From Moniliella sp. 'wahieum' (taxonomy: Eukaryota): DNA of 64,000 nt. The notes beneath the pieces are model-generated. The model searched no databases. It saw only the letters and a program-made list of their open reading frames with translations, and had not been told where the DNA came from. The stretch lies in the NCBI GenBank assembly GCA_003971905.1, contig RSEE01000007.1, positions 682,001 to 746,000 on the forward strand, written 5' to 3'. A program made the translations under genes and the position numbers. Of the stretch, positions 38,019 to 51,560 are shown piece after piece (the first letter of the stretch is position 1; each line of letters opens with the position of its first letter).

Positions 38019-39060
38019 TCAATGCTTGCCGCCGGCCTTGATCATGTCCAAGAACGAGTCTTTCGACGCAAGACTCTTTTTCGTCCCTGGTGCTAGCGGG
38101 GGCTTTCCCATAACACTCCGCACCAGTCCAGACGTCTCCTCCTCCTCTGGAGGGGCAGCCGCTTGGCGCTGGGAGTCACGGATGACATTGAACAGCTTAA
38201 CGACACCACGTTGTGCCACTTTGCGTACCGCTTCTCGTACCCACCCGAACCACCTTGGTCATCCCAGGCGGCTAGAGCGTCATCATCCAAAGGACTGCAC
38301 CCAGCGCAGGAGTAAGGGCGCCATCATAATTGACCACCTGCCCTGGTGGACCCCAAGAAGAGATGATGTCCTTTACATGGGTCAATTCAAAAGCCTTCTT
38401 GCGCTCGGCTACCAGCTCCCGTTCCGCCTTCGAAGCAAGTGATGCCTTGGCGCCTGCACGATTGATGTGCGGAGCAAGAGCAAGGATGGGTCCCTGGGTC
38501 GAAGTAGTTTGTGCAGAAGGGGAAGAGACTCGAGCACGCTTCGCTGGCTGCGCAGGCACTTCGTGCGCTTCATCCTCCTCAACCTGCGAATCGGGGTCGT
38601 CTGTCTCACTACCCTGGTCAGAAAACGGCTGCGACCCTTCCTCGTCTTCGTGGGCTAGAGCCACGGGCATTGGCGCGGACGACCCGAGAAGGTCGAGAAG
38701 AGTGGCACCAAAAGCGGTCGGAGACACAGCGCGGCGTTTACGTTCTGGCAACATGATGGGGTTAGTGGTGTAAATTTAACACGTAGTAGGTGAGTGGTGA
38801 AAGCATACTCTGGGTTTTCTTGCTCTTAGGGGCAGCATGGGCGCACGAATTTCGTCCTCCGTGTCTGGTTCCGACTCGCTCTCGGACGCGCTGGAGTCGG
38901 AATCGGCATCGTTGTCGCTAGCAGGGTTCCGTTGTGGGGGCGGCCGGCGGCCAAGGGTGGAAGATGGCCTGGACGGAGGGCCAGCGCGCATGGAAAACTT
39001 CGACTTTGGTTTGGGCCTGTCACCAGTGGGGTGTGAAGAGCTGGGGTGGGGCTTGGCCAT
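38019..39060 (-). CDS. RRP15: Rrp15 ribosome biogenesis protein
   Basis: C-terminal YEKR..KVAQRGVVKLFNVIR and SKDSFLDMIKAG are diagnostic of Rrp15. Probable intron ~38808-38760. Confidence 0.85.
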
Positions 39061-39364
39061 GGCGGTAACTCAGAGGTGGTGCTTGTTGAAGCTGTGGGTG
39101 TGCGTGGGTGCCACCAATTCAATCAAATGTCAATAACCAAGTGGGGATTCCGAAAAAAAATATGGGAGGCGGGGGCGGAATGAATCGGTGGGAATCGCGG
39201 GGAGATGTACCCTGAGGTACCGCAAGTTGCACCGACTGTCGATAGTCGCCGGACCCACTATCGCAGCCCAATCTGGTGCGCCAGGGCCAAACGACTGCGT
39301 GGCCAATTCAACACCCAGCCGCCACCCCGTCTCCACTTTCGTTGCCACTACCTCCGTGTCTGCC

Positions 39365-40822
<1,458 letters not shown>

Positions 40823-42425
40823 GAGTATTCCCGGCCAACTAGATCCCCACCCTGCATTATATGTTCAAACTCGATTTAAGCAACACTGCCGTAGTAACGA
40901 TATCTTGCAAAGCCCAAAAGTATGGCACAATCATCCGTCAAAGTCTCTGCCTAAATGTGACCATCGTTATGCGACGTTATAGCGCATTTAGTTGGCTGAA
41001 CCAGCGAGCAGGTCATCGAAGTCTTCGAGGGATCCAACAGCTGGAGAAAAGGGTATGCCACCACGTCAGCCCTCCTCTCTAGTAGTAGGGACGAAAAAAA
41101 AACACCAGATCATATGTCAATCATTCGACATCATCAATCACAGTGAGCTGCATGAGCAAGAGAGTGGATTATAGTAGGCCTGGTTTTCGACCAGATAATA
41201 TGTGTATACCAAGCCGATGAGTCTCCTACCGTGGCAGATATCTAGATCATCAACCACCATTCCCATATGTTGGTCCAATGGCGTTCCATGACTTCACAAC
41301 CTTGGCTTCCAGCCTCAATATATCTTTTCGATCTTCGAGGAGGGACCCTAAAGCCTGGGCTATAGTACTGCGGCGCCACACTTTTTGATGATTGGGATCG
41401 CAGAAAAGCAAACAAGACAAGCAGGACGAGGTACTCAACGTGGAGCTTCGCTTCGATTTGAATACCACTGGTGCGTATATATAGTGTGCCTCGTATATCT
41501 TGACATATCTCGTCTCTCAGAATCTCTGGCCTCTCATGCTCAGGTGCTCAGGCTAGGCCTTGTGGTCCTATAGTACTACGACCTTGTTTTTCAGTGGTCG
41601 TCTCCAACATGTATGTCATTGATGTCACTTGTCACACGTATATCGGTCAGCAAAAAAGAGAGCAGGCCAGACCTCCTCCCCGCTTGTCAGTCTCAGTGCC
41701 TCAAACTTGCCCCCATCATCGACATCATCTGCATCATCGACAGCCCTCACACGCTCTTTTCTTGATATAAGTTGGTCTTGGATCAATGATTTTATTATTG
41801 GCATTGAGCGCATTGTGTGTGTGTGGAATATGCGTTTTTAAGTATCTCTGCCGATGCACTTGAGTCGCACACCTCTCCCCGCCGGAACGGTCATCAGAGC
41901 AACATGGGCCTCTAGCCGGACTGTCACATGTTACCGAAGGATCGCTACTCTCAGCTGTGCTGTTACATGTTCATGTTGTTGGACGAGAAATCAGTGGGGG
42001 CGTTTCTTGTATATTGTGGAGTGCGCGATCCTTGGGTCCGATCTCTGGAGATCTGGGTTGGCCCGAGACACCAACAGGGTACTGTCCTAGACACGATGAT
42101 CGATGATCGATGAACGCCACAGTCTAAGTTGAAGGCTGTTCAAAACTCATTATGCATTATGGACCTTGCCTTACTAGTACTATCACCGCCACCACCACCA
42201 CCACAACCACCACCATCACCTCGACCTTTGCGGATCCACTCCGGGTCCAACAACCCCACACACCGCAGCCATTTCTGGATTTATTTTGCTCATCCCACAA
42301 TACCTCCGTCCTCGCTGTGTGTTCTCTTCTTACACTCACTCTCAGAGGGCCAAGGATACATATCCCTTCCTCTTTCGTACCCCTCTATCTCTGCTTCACT
42401 CCTCGTCTGCCAATTCATCCCCATA

Positions 42426-44308
42426 ATGTGAGTTCCACACCTCGGTCGCATAATGCCGCGCGATGTTGGTAGGAAACTGACTGTGGCTGCATTACCAAGT
42501 TTTCGTTATGGGAGGCAAGGCGTGCAACATACAACGATCTTGTCGGCAAACGCATTGCAGGCGACCGACTCGAGTTTGTCTCCATCATTGGACTCGGCGC
42601 GTATGGAGTAGTTTATTTGGCTCGCGATCTGAAGCACCCACTGCATTCTTTTCAAGAACCTTGGACGTCCACTTCCATCCAAACAATGCCCCATGGCGCT
42701 GCTGCTGCAACAGGATTGTACGCTGTCAAATGCCTACACCGCTTGGGTCTAGACGCTCGCCAGCACCTTTTCCAACAGCGGAGATTGCCCTACACAATCT
42801 GGCAGGCGCCTACCCATCCGTGGTTACTCTTTATGAGGTACTTCAAGATGCTAGTTGCATTTACGTCATTATGGACTTTTGTCCCGACGGAGATCTCTTC
42901 TCCATGATCACAGAGAAACATCGGTATTCCGTACAAGGGACAAATCTACCGGGGTCGTCTTCCTCCCACGTGATGGCACGTTTCGTGGTTGAGGACGACG
43001 AGTATGTGGCAGCGAGGACTGAGATGGATGCCACCATCAAGGATGTCTTTGGGCAGATTGTTCAAGCCGTCGAATATTGCCATGGTCTTGGAATTTACCA
43101 CCGTGACCTCAAGCCCGAGAATATCTTATGCTTGGAAGGTGGCTCGCGAATCATGCTTGCTGATTTTGGTTTAGCCACGACGGACAAGAACAGTTCAGAT
43201 TTTGGTTGCGGGTCAACATTCTACATGGGGCCCGAATGTCGTGGTGGCATCCTTAGCCGACCCAGCTTTTACGACTCATCAGCCAACGACGTATGGAGCA
43301 TGGGCGTTATCTTGGTCAATCTGGTGTGTGGGCGCAACCCATGGAAGCAAGCAACGGCGTCGGACGAGACCTTCCAGGAGTTTTTGCGTAACCCTGACTT
43401 CCTTATGGAGATCCTACCTATCTCGAACTCTCAACGCGATCCTTAAGCGCATTTTCTCCCCCTTCCCTGAAGCACGGTGTTCTATCCATGAGGTCAACGC
43501 CCTTCTACGCGGATGTGATCGATTGACTGCAACTAATGCTGAGTTGTTGGCACGACATGAAGCGCGACGAGAAACACACCAGCGGGCTCAAGTTGCTCGT
43601 ACACATGTTGCTGAAAAAGACACCATTTTCCCAATAAGTGGTTCTCATGATCAGAAAAAACAGCTGCTTGTCACGCGAAAACACCTTGCAACCCCCTCCT
43701 ATCACGATCATGGAACCACCCATGCAAGTCCTTCTGCTCGTTCACGCTTTTTCTTCAATCAAGGGCATACACACGCAGCTCAATCTAATCGGTCCATTCG
43801 CCACCATAAGGCAAAGAGCGTGGGCATTGACTCCACCCGAAATCCTTTCGGGAACGTTCATTCCTTCTCTTCGTCTTCTTCGATACATACACGCCGCAAT
43901 TCTTTCTCTCAGTCAAAATGCACAAACGGGGGAGCACCGGCTGGTAATACACCACCGTGTAACGGTTTGATTTCAACCACGGATGATTCCTCCCAAGAGG
44001 TTCTTTCAGACAAAGCTACGGTTGACTCGTCAAAGAACTTCGGGTCCTCTTCTACTGCTCCTACTTCACATTCATCGTCCATTAAATCGTCGGTGCCCAG
44101 CCCTGACACGCTAGCACATTTGCCGCGTATGGGCAAACAAGACAAAGACGCTGTTGCATGTCCTACTTTGGACTCGCTCTACGGTTTCCCAACTGACAAA
44201 ACCGGTTCCCAAGTTAGATCCGCCCTTTATACCCTGGATCAAGCTGCTATAAATGACGGTCACTACGTATTCCACTACCCTCCCTCCGACTGGGGTTGTG
44301 GTGTATGA
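42426..44308 (+). CDS. Ran1/Pat1 (Sks1/Vhs1)-like Ser/Thr kinase with Ser-rich tail
   Basis: LEFVSIIGLGAYGVVYLA, YAVKCL, EIALH, DGDLFSMITE, IYHRDLKPENIL, DFGCGSTFYMGPEC and NDVWSMGVILVNLVCGRNPWKQA. Confidence 0.9.
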
Positions 44309-45034
44309 GTCAGAAGCCAATACGGACGACGAAAATTGTCTCCCCCCTTTGACAACGTATCAAGAACGTATGGGCAGGTGAAGGCATCATTGCAGAAATG
44401 GATCGCTGCGGTTGCCGGTCAACTCATAGCAGGCCATACGCGTTCTTCATTAGTACAGAGTATCAGCCTTTTGTACATGTAGATGAACGACTACTATAGA
44501 TCAACAGCCATATGCTACGCAGTTACTCTCTCCTCGTATCTCTTGCTCGTCATTTGTACACATATGCACAATCTTTTCGGCTAGGGGGATGCAGCGTCTC
44601 GCTTTCAGCATACGCCGCTCGTAATGCCTGACGATGGTAGTGCTGGGGGCCACCGATATCAAATCAGCCTTCTCATTAGTGGGTGGGCGCACGAGGCTAA
44701 TGGGCCAACTGTTTGCCTATATCCGTTTTTCAAATGATATGTGGATGGATCCATAAGGATGGTACTGGTACAAAACTACTAATAGCGTAGAGCCAGAAAG
44801 CAAGACACGACGAAGAGAGCAGGTGTTGATACGACTTGGAGAATCGGGACGGGCTCCAGCATGAAGCTGGGCAGAATGCATGTAGGGAAACCACTTCAAA
44901 GGAGGGGCGACGATCGGAGTCAGTCAGATATGTCACGAGATTTTCGGGGAAGTCGATCGCATACTCCGCCGGGGGGCTGCGAATCAACGCGGAGTGATAT
45001 CAATATCGGGCAGGCGGGGAGATGCTTATGGGGA

Positions 45035-48000
45035 TCAAGCTTTCTCTCCTCGGAAAAGGGAAGCAGACGTGGGGTAGTCGACCTCATCCCGGAAAAGGTC
45101 CAACGGGGTTGAGAAATGGGCCGGCGGGCGACGGGTTGCTAAGCCCAACCCAGCATGTCCTTGGTCGGGAAGGAGAGGCAGTGGCTTATTAGCCCTTTTC
45201 CAATCCGGGGAAAGTTGCTTGTTGCAGGGACTGGTCTCGGGAAGACTGGCTTTGGGGTCGCACGAGGGTACCGCACTACGCCTTAACACACGCCGGGAAG
45301 GAGAGTGAGTTGGCCCCGATGGCATGGCCGATGCCAGGTGCTCATCCTGGGGTGAAGTCGGTGAGGAGCGAGAATGAGGTTTTGGATGGAAAGGGATGAG
45401 TGTCAGGGCCGGTGAGATCAACCGAGCCGATGCCAGCCGGAGACGATGGAGCAGGAGCCGAAGGAGAAGCAGACCATCCTGCGGCCTTACTTCCTTCGGG
45501 AAATGGGGCATAGCGGCTAAAACGGGAGAGGTACCGAACATCGTGGTCGATTGGAGTACTCAAACCCGTTGATTGCGAGGTACGCGAACCGGATGCATGT
45601 GAACCTGAATAGGACATTAACACAGAGGTGTATTCTGTGGCCGAACCACGAAATGAAGAAGCACCACTTGAAGATGTGTTGTTTGGGACGTGACGATCGG
45701 ACCACAAGGAACATTTCGGCTCGTGTTCCCCATCCAATGAAGGCGTAGTTGTTGAGCGGCGATGACAGGTAGCTCCATCTCCCGCCATGCTAGATGATGG
45801 GACAGCATAGTGGATTGGGTTAAACTTGACCGATAGCTCCAGTCATCGCCCGAGACCGAGGGTCGGGATGACCGAGGGGAGGCAGGCGTGCTGGAGCATG
45901 TGCTGCCGCTGCGATGGTTCAACGCTTCCAGCCCACCCAGAGACTCATACTTCTGGATATCTCCATGCGAATGGGGAATATCAGAGGGCGAGTCTTGATC
46001 AAAAGACAGGCCAAGAGCAGTAAGTAGGTCGTGACTAACCTGAGCCTTGAGAGTACGACCCGCTGGCATACGCGCGGGAACCACACTTTCTACCCTTTCT
46101 TCCTCAGTAATATCTGATGGGCGCCCTTGCAGAGAGGGGAGTTCGGACTCGGTGAACGGTGAAAGCATGCGCGAACCAGACAACGCGGATTGTGCAGTGA
46201 CAGTGGCGAGTGAAGAAGCGATTGATGGCGCGTGTTGTAGGAAGGCAGTAGAGGCTGGAGGATAGTTGGTCGACTCAGGACTGTTGTACATCGCTCCTGT
46301 GCATAGTGCGTTCTCTTTCTCGGGCTTGATGCTTGGGGTAAAGACCTGCGCAGGGATCAGGGCAGGGGGGGAGGCCTTCAGTCCATCGCTCGAATGCGCG
46401 GGCCACTTTCGAGCACCTGCGGAGGGGTTTGAGGGCAGATGCGAAGCGGATGTTCGGTATTTCTGAATGAGCTCTGCAGAGCCCTTAGTTCCTTGGCTTG
46501 AACCGCAGGGTTGGTCCAACGGCCATTCTGAAGACGGCCCATCCCAGTCAAGATGAGGCCAATAGGTTGACCACGACTCATTGAAACGAGAACTTTCACC
46601 GAGCGGGCGGCTGTGGGGCCGCTGAGGCGAGACTGGTGGAGAGGTGAATCCTGAGCCTTCTGCCCGGTTGGCTCGAAGAGGATTGGATCCAGCCTCAGGC
46701 CTGATCCGTGGAAGTAGGGGGGGACGGCAGGAAGTATTCTCATAACCTTGCACTGAAGCTGAGGGTCCGAGATCCGAAGGGGCCAAGGGAAAAGTCGCCA
46801 TTGCTGGGGTCACAGGTATATTCTGGTTTTGAGAAATACCAAGGGGCACAACTTTGTGTCCTCGCTGTGCTCTAGCTGAAGTAGACACCGTCTCGGCGTG
46901 CTGGCTCCCCTTGCGCTGCGCATGTGGACGCGGCCAAAACAAGTCCGGCGTACCCTTTGTCCCTGGGAAGGCATGATCAGCTGAAACAGCCCCATCCTTG
47001 TGGGGTACAGGGGGAGGGGGCAAGTTCTCATTGCCTCCCGTGAGCCGGAATAGCTCGTCCGTTTCATGCGTAGCACCCGGTTGGAGCACCGGGGACGAGC
47101 ATGCAGGTGAGGAGAATTCAGCCGTGCGAGGACTTGGGGATAGCCACAAGCCCAAGCCTGATGTATGAGACCCCGCAGTCATGGTCGCGCCCGAGGGGAA
47201 CCGATTTAATAGTGGTCGCAACGATCGTTTCACTGCACTATTACCACGTTGGGCTTGGGCTTGAACTGGTTTTACATCCCCTCATTTGACCATGTTGGCG
47301 CGAAGGTCGAAGGCGACAATGGAGCAGCTGCCGAGGGGCGAGGTGATGATTTTGGAGGTTCAGGGAGTAGTACGTTCATAGGGTTACTAGATCCCGCCGG
47401 ACTGGCAGGTTCCGAGCGAGTCCGAGCAAAAGAGCGAGCAGCCCACGGTGCCAGAGAGGGGCGCGAAGTCGTGGCAGTCCGGGGCGATGAAATGGAACTC
47501 CAGCCACGGCGAGACGTCACTCCAGGGGAAAGGGATAGATCGTCGGACTTCCGTATCGGACTGGGTGCCAGTTGAGCCGAAGGACCGAGGGAATGAAGAT
47601 CCAAAGGAGGTTGATCCCCGGAAAGCATCCTCGGCGTCGCCGGCATGGTCTTGCTGTTGGTTGGTACGAGATCAAAGTATGATCCAGCAGACGGATCGGG
47701 CGTACGTGCCATAGCCATGCCATTTGCCGCACTCGACATTGGAGTGGAGGGTGTTATCCTTGATTCGTTTTGAACGGTAACATTCTCGACTGCATGGTGA
47801 TCGGAGTCGTTGACTTGAGCCGCAACTTCCCGCATTGCGGTCTGTGCACGCATCAGCGTCTTGCCTACTCGATTTGCCCTGGGTGTTGACAGCTTCGAAG
47901 TGCGCTTTATCATCTCCTACAAGTGAGGAGGTCAGTATCCCATAGGGAGGGGAAGGAACAGAGATACGTACGTCAAGGAGCAATGGGTACTGGCAAATCC

Positions 48001-49378
48001 GCTGGACAGGTTTAATCAGGAAGGCGCCCAAGCTGTAATAGGGATCCAGAAAGTACTGCTCGACGTCGGATCGTCCCAGCATGCATACTGATGCAATGGA
48101 CCCTGCCTCTCTTGTCGCCAAATCCAACGCGTGTGCATAGTTGGCGCAAAAAGGCTTATAGATGCGCAATTCAGAGGCCATGGCACAAAACACGCGCCCA
48201 ACACCATGTGCTTGTCGCTCGATCTCGTGAAGGCGAGATCGCTCCAATGGAACCTCCTGCGAGTCCCAAACAGCAGGAGACGGGCAAAGCACCTGCTCGA
48301 TCTTGGTGAGTAAGCGGCGCTGGACGTCCACGATCTGGTCAAGATTGCCAAAGATAGAGTGCAGCACGTCCTGGCCCAACACATCGTACTTGGCCAGAAC
48401 ACGGGCGAAGCCTTGAATCCGTTCCAGATCAGCCACGTAGTTTCGCTCAGTTGTTAACAGCTCATGCATAACCCTTGAGAGTTGAACGGAACGCCCATCG
48501 TAGTGGAGTCAAGCGCAGCAGGCAGGTGGTAATGCCCCGACTTTCTTCTTCTGACGAATTGTGGGTCCAAGGAGGAAGAAGTCGACCTCGAGCTTCCAAT
48601 AATTCCAGCAGCCGGTCGACAGTGTTGATGACCCGGATGAAGCCATTGGTATCATCCTTGTATAGATCGGAAACGGAGAAGCACCATTCGCTCTCCCAAC
48701 CTAGACCGGTTTCCCAAGTAGGAAAACGGGAGCCACTGGCGGGTGCTGACGGTGAATATGGCGGAGCACGCAAAGCCATGATGAACTTGGCAGTCAAACG
48801 TTTCGCCTGGTTGACACTTGTACTGGTGGGCCGATCAAACGAGTCACCGGGTCGGCCGAGGGGTTCAATGGCAGTTGGCGAGCGCCCAGGAGTTGAAGAG
48901 AAAACAAAGGGCACTTCCGGTGCGTAGACAAGTCCAGACCTGGCCCACAACGTCATTTGAATGATCAAAGGAAAGGGACAGGGACGAGAACGAGGCCGAG
49001 TCTGACAATGAGGGCAAGCTGCCCTGCGATAGGGAAGGAGGCAGGCGAGAGAACGTTGGTGTCGAGGGAAAAGAATAGTACTCTACAAACCCAGGAACTC
49101 GCGCAAGGCGTGCACGAAGACGGACGCACTGCTGGAACAGGCTCAGCGCAGGAGGTGCATCGGAAGGCTGTCGCTGAGAAGAGCAACAGTTGGGAGGGGA
49201 CGAGGAGAGCGGGGGGTGTGGCGGGAGTGATGGGGGTGCTGGGAGTGGGAGTGCCAGGCACGGCGGCCGATACGGCGAAGGTTGCAGCGGCCGAGGCAAG
49301 CGCAGACAGACTGAGCTTGCGTGTGGATCGACGGCGTGCAAACGACTGTGTGTTGGAGGTGTTGGGTGGGTGGGACAT
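45035..49378 (-). CDS. Cdc24/Scd1-like RhoGEF (CH + DH) with a long disordered C-terminus
   Basis: SLFQQCVRLRARLARVPGF, QVWTCLRTGSALCFLFN and FSVSDLYKDDTNGFIRVINTV (Cdc24 CH). ELLTTERNYVADLE and FLIKPVQRICQYPLLL (DH). Intron 47971-47917; 3' end approximate. Confidence 0.8.
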
Positions 49379-51560
49379 GATGGGAAGGGCACAGCAGAAG
49401 CCGATGTCTGCTGAGCCTCAGGCGGCAAGCATGAAGCGTGGGGCAGAAAGGGAGGTGGTGGTGGGGCAGGACGGGCAGCAGGGGCAGGTGGGATAGGAAT
49501 GCGGCATATGCGTCCCGCCGGCTGCTGCTGGTTGGATGAGCGATCGATATTCGATGGCCATGGATCATGCATCATGCGTCGTGCCCAAACACCGCACCGC
49601 GTACATGCTGAGCGGCGACGCGGCGACATGTGACCGCTGACGCATCACAGGTCGTGCGTTCAGATGCCGATCTCAGGTCTGGGGCGGCCTGAGCGGCACA
49701 GTGCCCAGTGCAGGAGGCCGCGTGTTGTGCCGTCCTGCGCCTGGGCCGAGTGTGCGGCTGGTGCAGCGCGTCTGTGCGGCCCCAATGTTTTTTTTTAGCG
49801 GTGAAGGTGACCGCTGACGCTGCACGGTGCCGGTGACGCACAACGGAACGCGTAGCCTGCGCTGCCTGCGCTGCCCTGTGCGTCCAGCACTGCACTGCGG
49901 CTGCGTTGCTCGGGAAAAATGAATCCAGCACCCTGGTGCTCCAATTCCAACCACGGTGCCCTGCCTGCCGTGCCGTGCTACTACGAGCCGCTCCAGCCCG
50001 CCCAAGCCTGGCTGCTCTTGGGTGCACTGGCCCCAAGCCGCATGATCGACAGCGGCACAAACTTGGTCAGCCGGATGGGCGAGGCGCTGCACGTTGGAAC
50101 TAGACCGCAGCCCGCCGGTGATGCGCACGGGCGTTGGGGCCAGCTGCAGTCTAGGGACCAAGGGGCCAGTGCTAGTGAAATTCACTATTGAATGTGAATG
50201 TGTGACGCGTCCTCCGCAAAGGTGCTCACGCGCGCGTTCACGTGATTATGGAAGCTCGGAGCCCTGACGCGTTCACGCCCGCAATCGCGTTTCTACCTCT
50301 GGAGATGCAGTACGCAACACCGACTGAATCACACGATGCGAATAGTACGACGTCTGGCAGAAGTGAAGCACCGGGCATCAAAAGGCGAGTGGTCGAGGGG
50401 AAGCTGCAAGTTAGCTGAAGCGTGGAGCCTCGGCCGTCGAGATTGGCACATAGCCGGATAAGAATCACAGGCCTTAAGCCAAAATGAGAGGGATGAGATC
50501 GATGAGGTGAGATCTGAAAAGGAGCCAAGCAAAAATGGTTGCCTTTTTGAATTCCCGTTGTATCCCATCGACTTCAGCCCCCCCCCACCCGACCAAACCC
50601 TCTCACACTACGGGAATCGATCGCCCCAACACAGAGAAACTGCTCTCCTCGCACCCTGCCGGTCGGTGATCGACCTACGGCAATAACACAAACTATAGTA
50701 GAAAACGGCACAGAAAAAGGGTGGCGGCATGTACTTCATGAAGTTGATAAGTGTCAGTCAGTTCTCCCACAGAGAAAAATGACATGCGAAATGGTCCCTC
50801 AAAATAAGACACAAGCACACGGGACCCTCTGTTGATGAAGTGTCGCGTGCACGGCACACGCGTCACGCTTTGTCTTCAACGTCATGTTTTTGTTCGTGTA
50901 GCAGAGTTTAATTGAATGCTCAGGGCCGCGGCGACACTTCGCGTTCTGCGTCCACGGTTATAGGTTTGAGACGCCTACAGTCCGGAAGGAAACAATCAGG
51001 GAGGATATATTGATTGCCATAGTGTATCAATTCGTGCGGCAAGAAAAGGAGGGGAAACGGGAAACGGGGGTGGCGACGAAAAGGGAAAGAGAGGACGTCT
51101 TCTCACAGATCTACTCTCTAGAGAGAACAGAACAGTTGTTACTGAAGACACACGCACTGATCAGTAGATCAGTAGTGGGATGAAGATATTTCGCTGCTCA
51201 GTGACGGTGTTTTGCTGCTGAGTGGTATATTTTCTCAACAATAACACGTACGTTGGCGCAACCCCACCCCCCACTTTCCACAGGGTGGAGAAACCTTTAG
51301 CGTTCGTCAACCATCATATTCCACCCCCACTCCTCTCTTTCTGGTTTCTCCTCCGCTGTTCATCAGACGCTCCTGATACCGCGCCCACCCTATAACTCTT
51401 CATCGGCTCTTCGCACTAATGAACACCCGAGTTTCCTGAATTCATGAAGAGAAGATCTCATGGGGAGATGAGTGGGGGAGCAAGCATCTTTGACGCAGGG
51501 CAATAATTCCTTGGGATGGACTCCCCATCCTGCGTATATGTGGTACTCTTGGAACACTTT

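Noticed and set aside
51165..51240. Possible box C/D snoRNA (TGTTGA..CTGA..CTGA on the minus strand)
   Set aside because: The C box is non-canonical, I could not identify an rRNA-complementary guide, and the CTGA copies are partly explained by tandem repeats.
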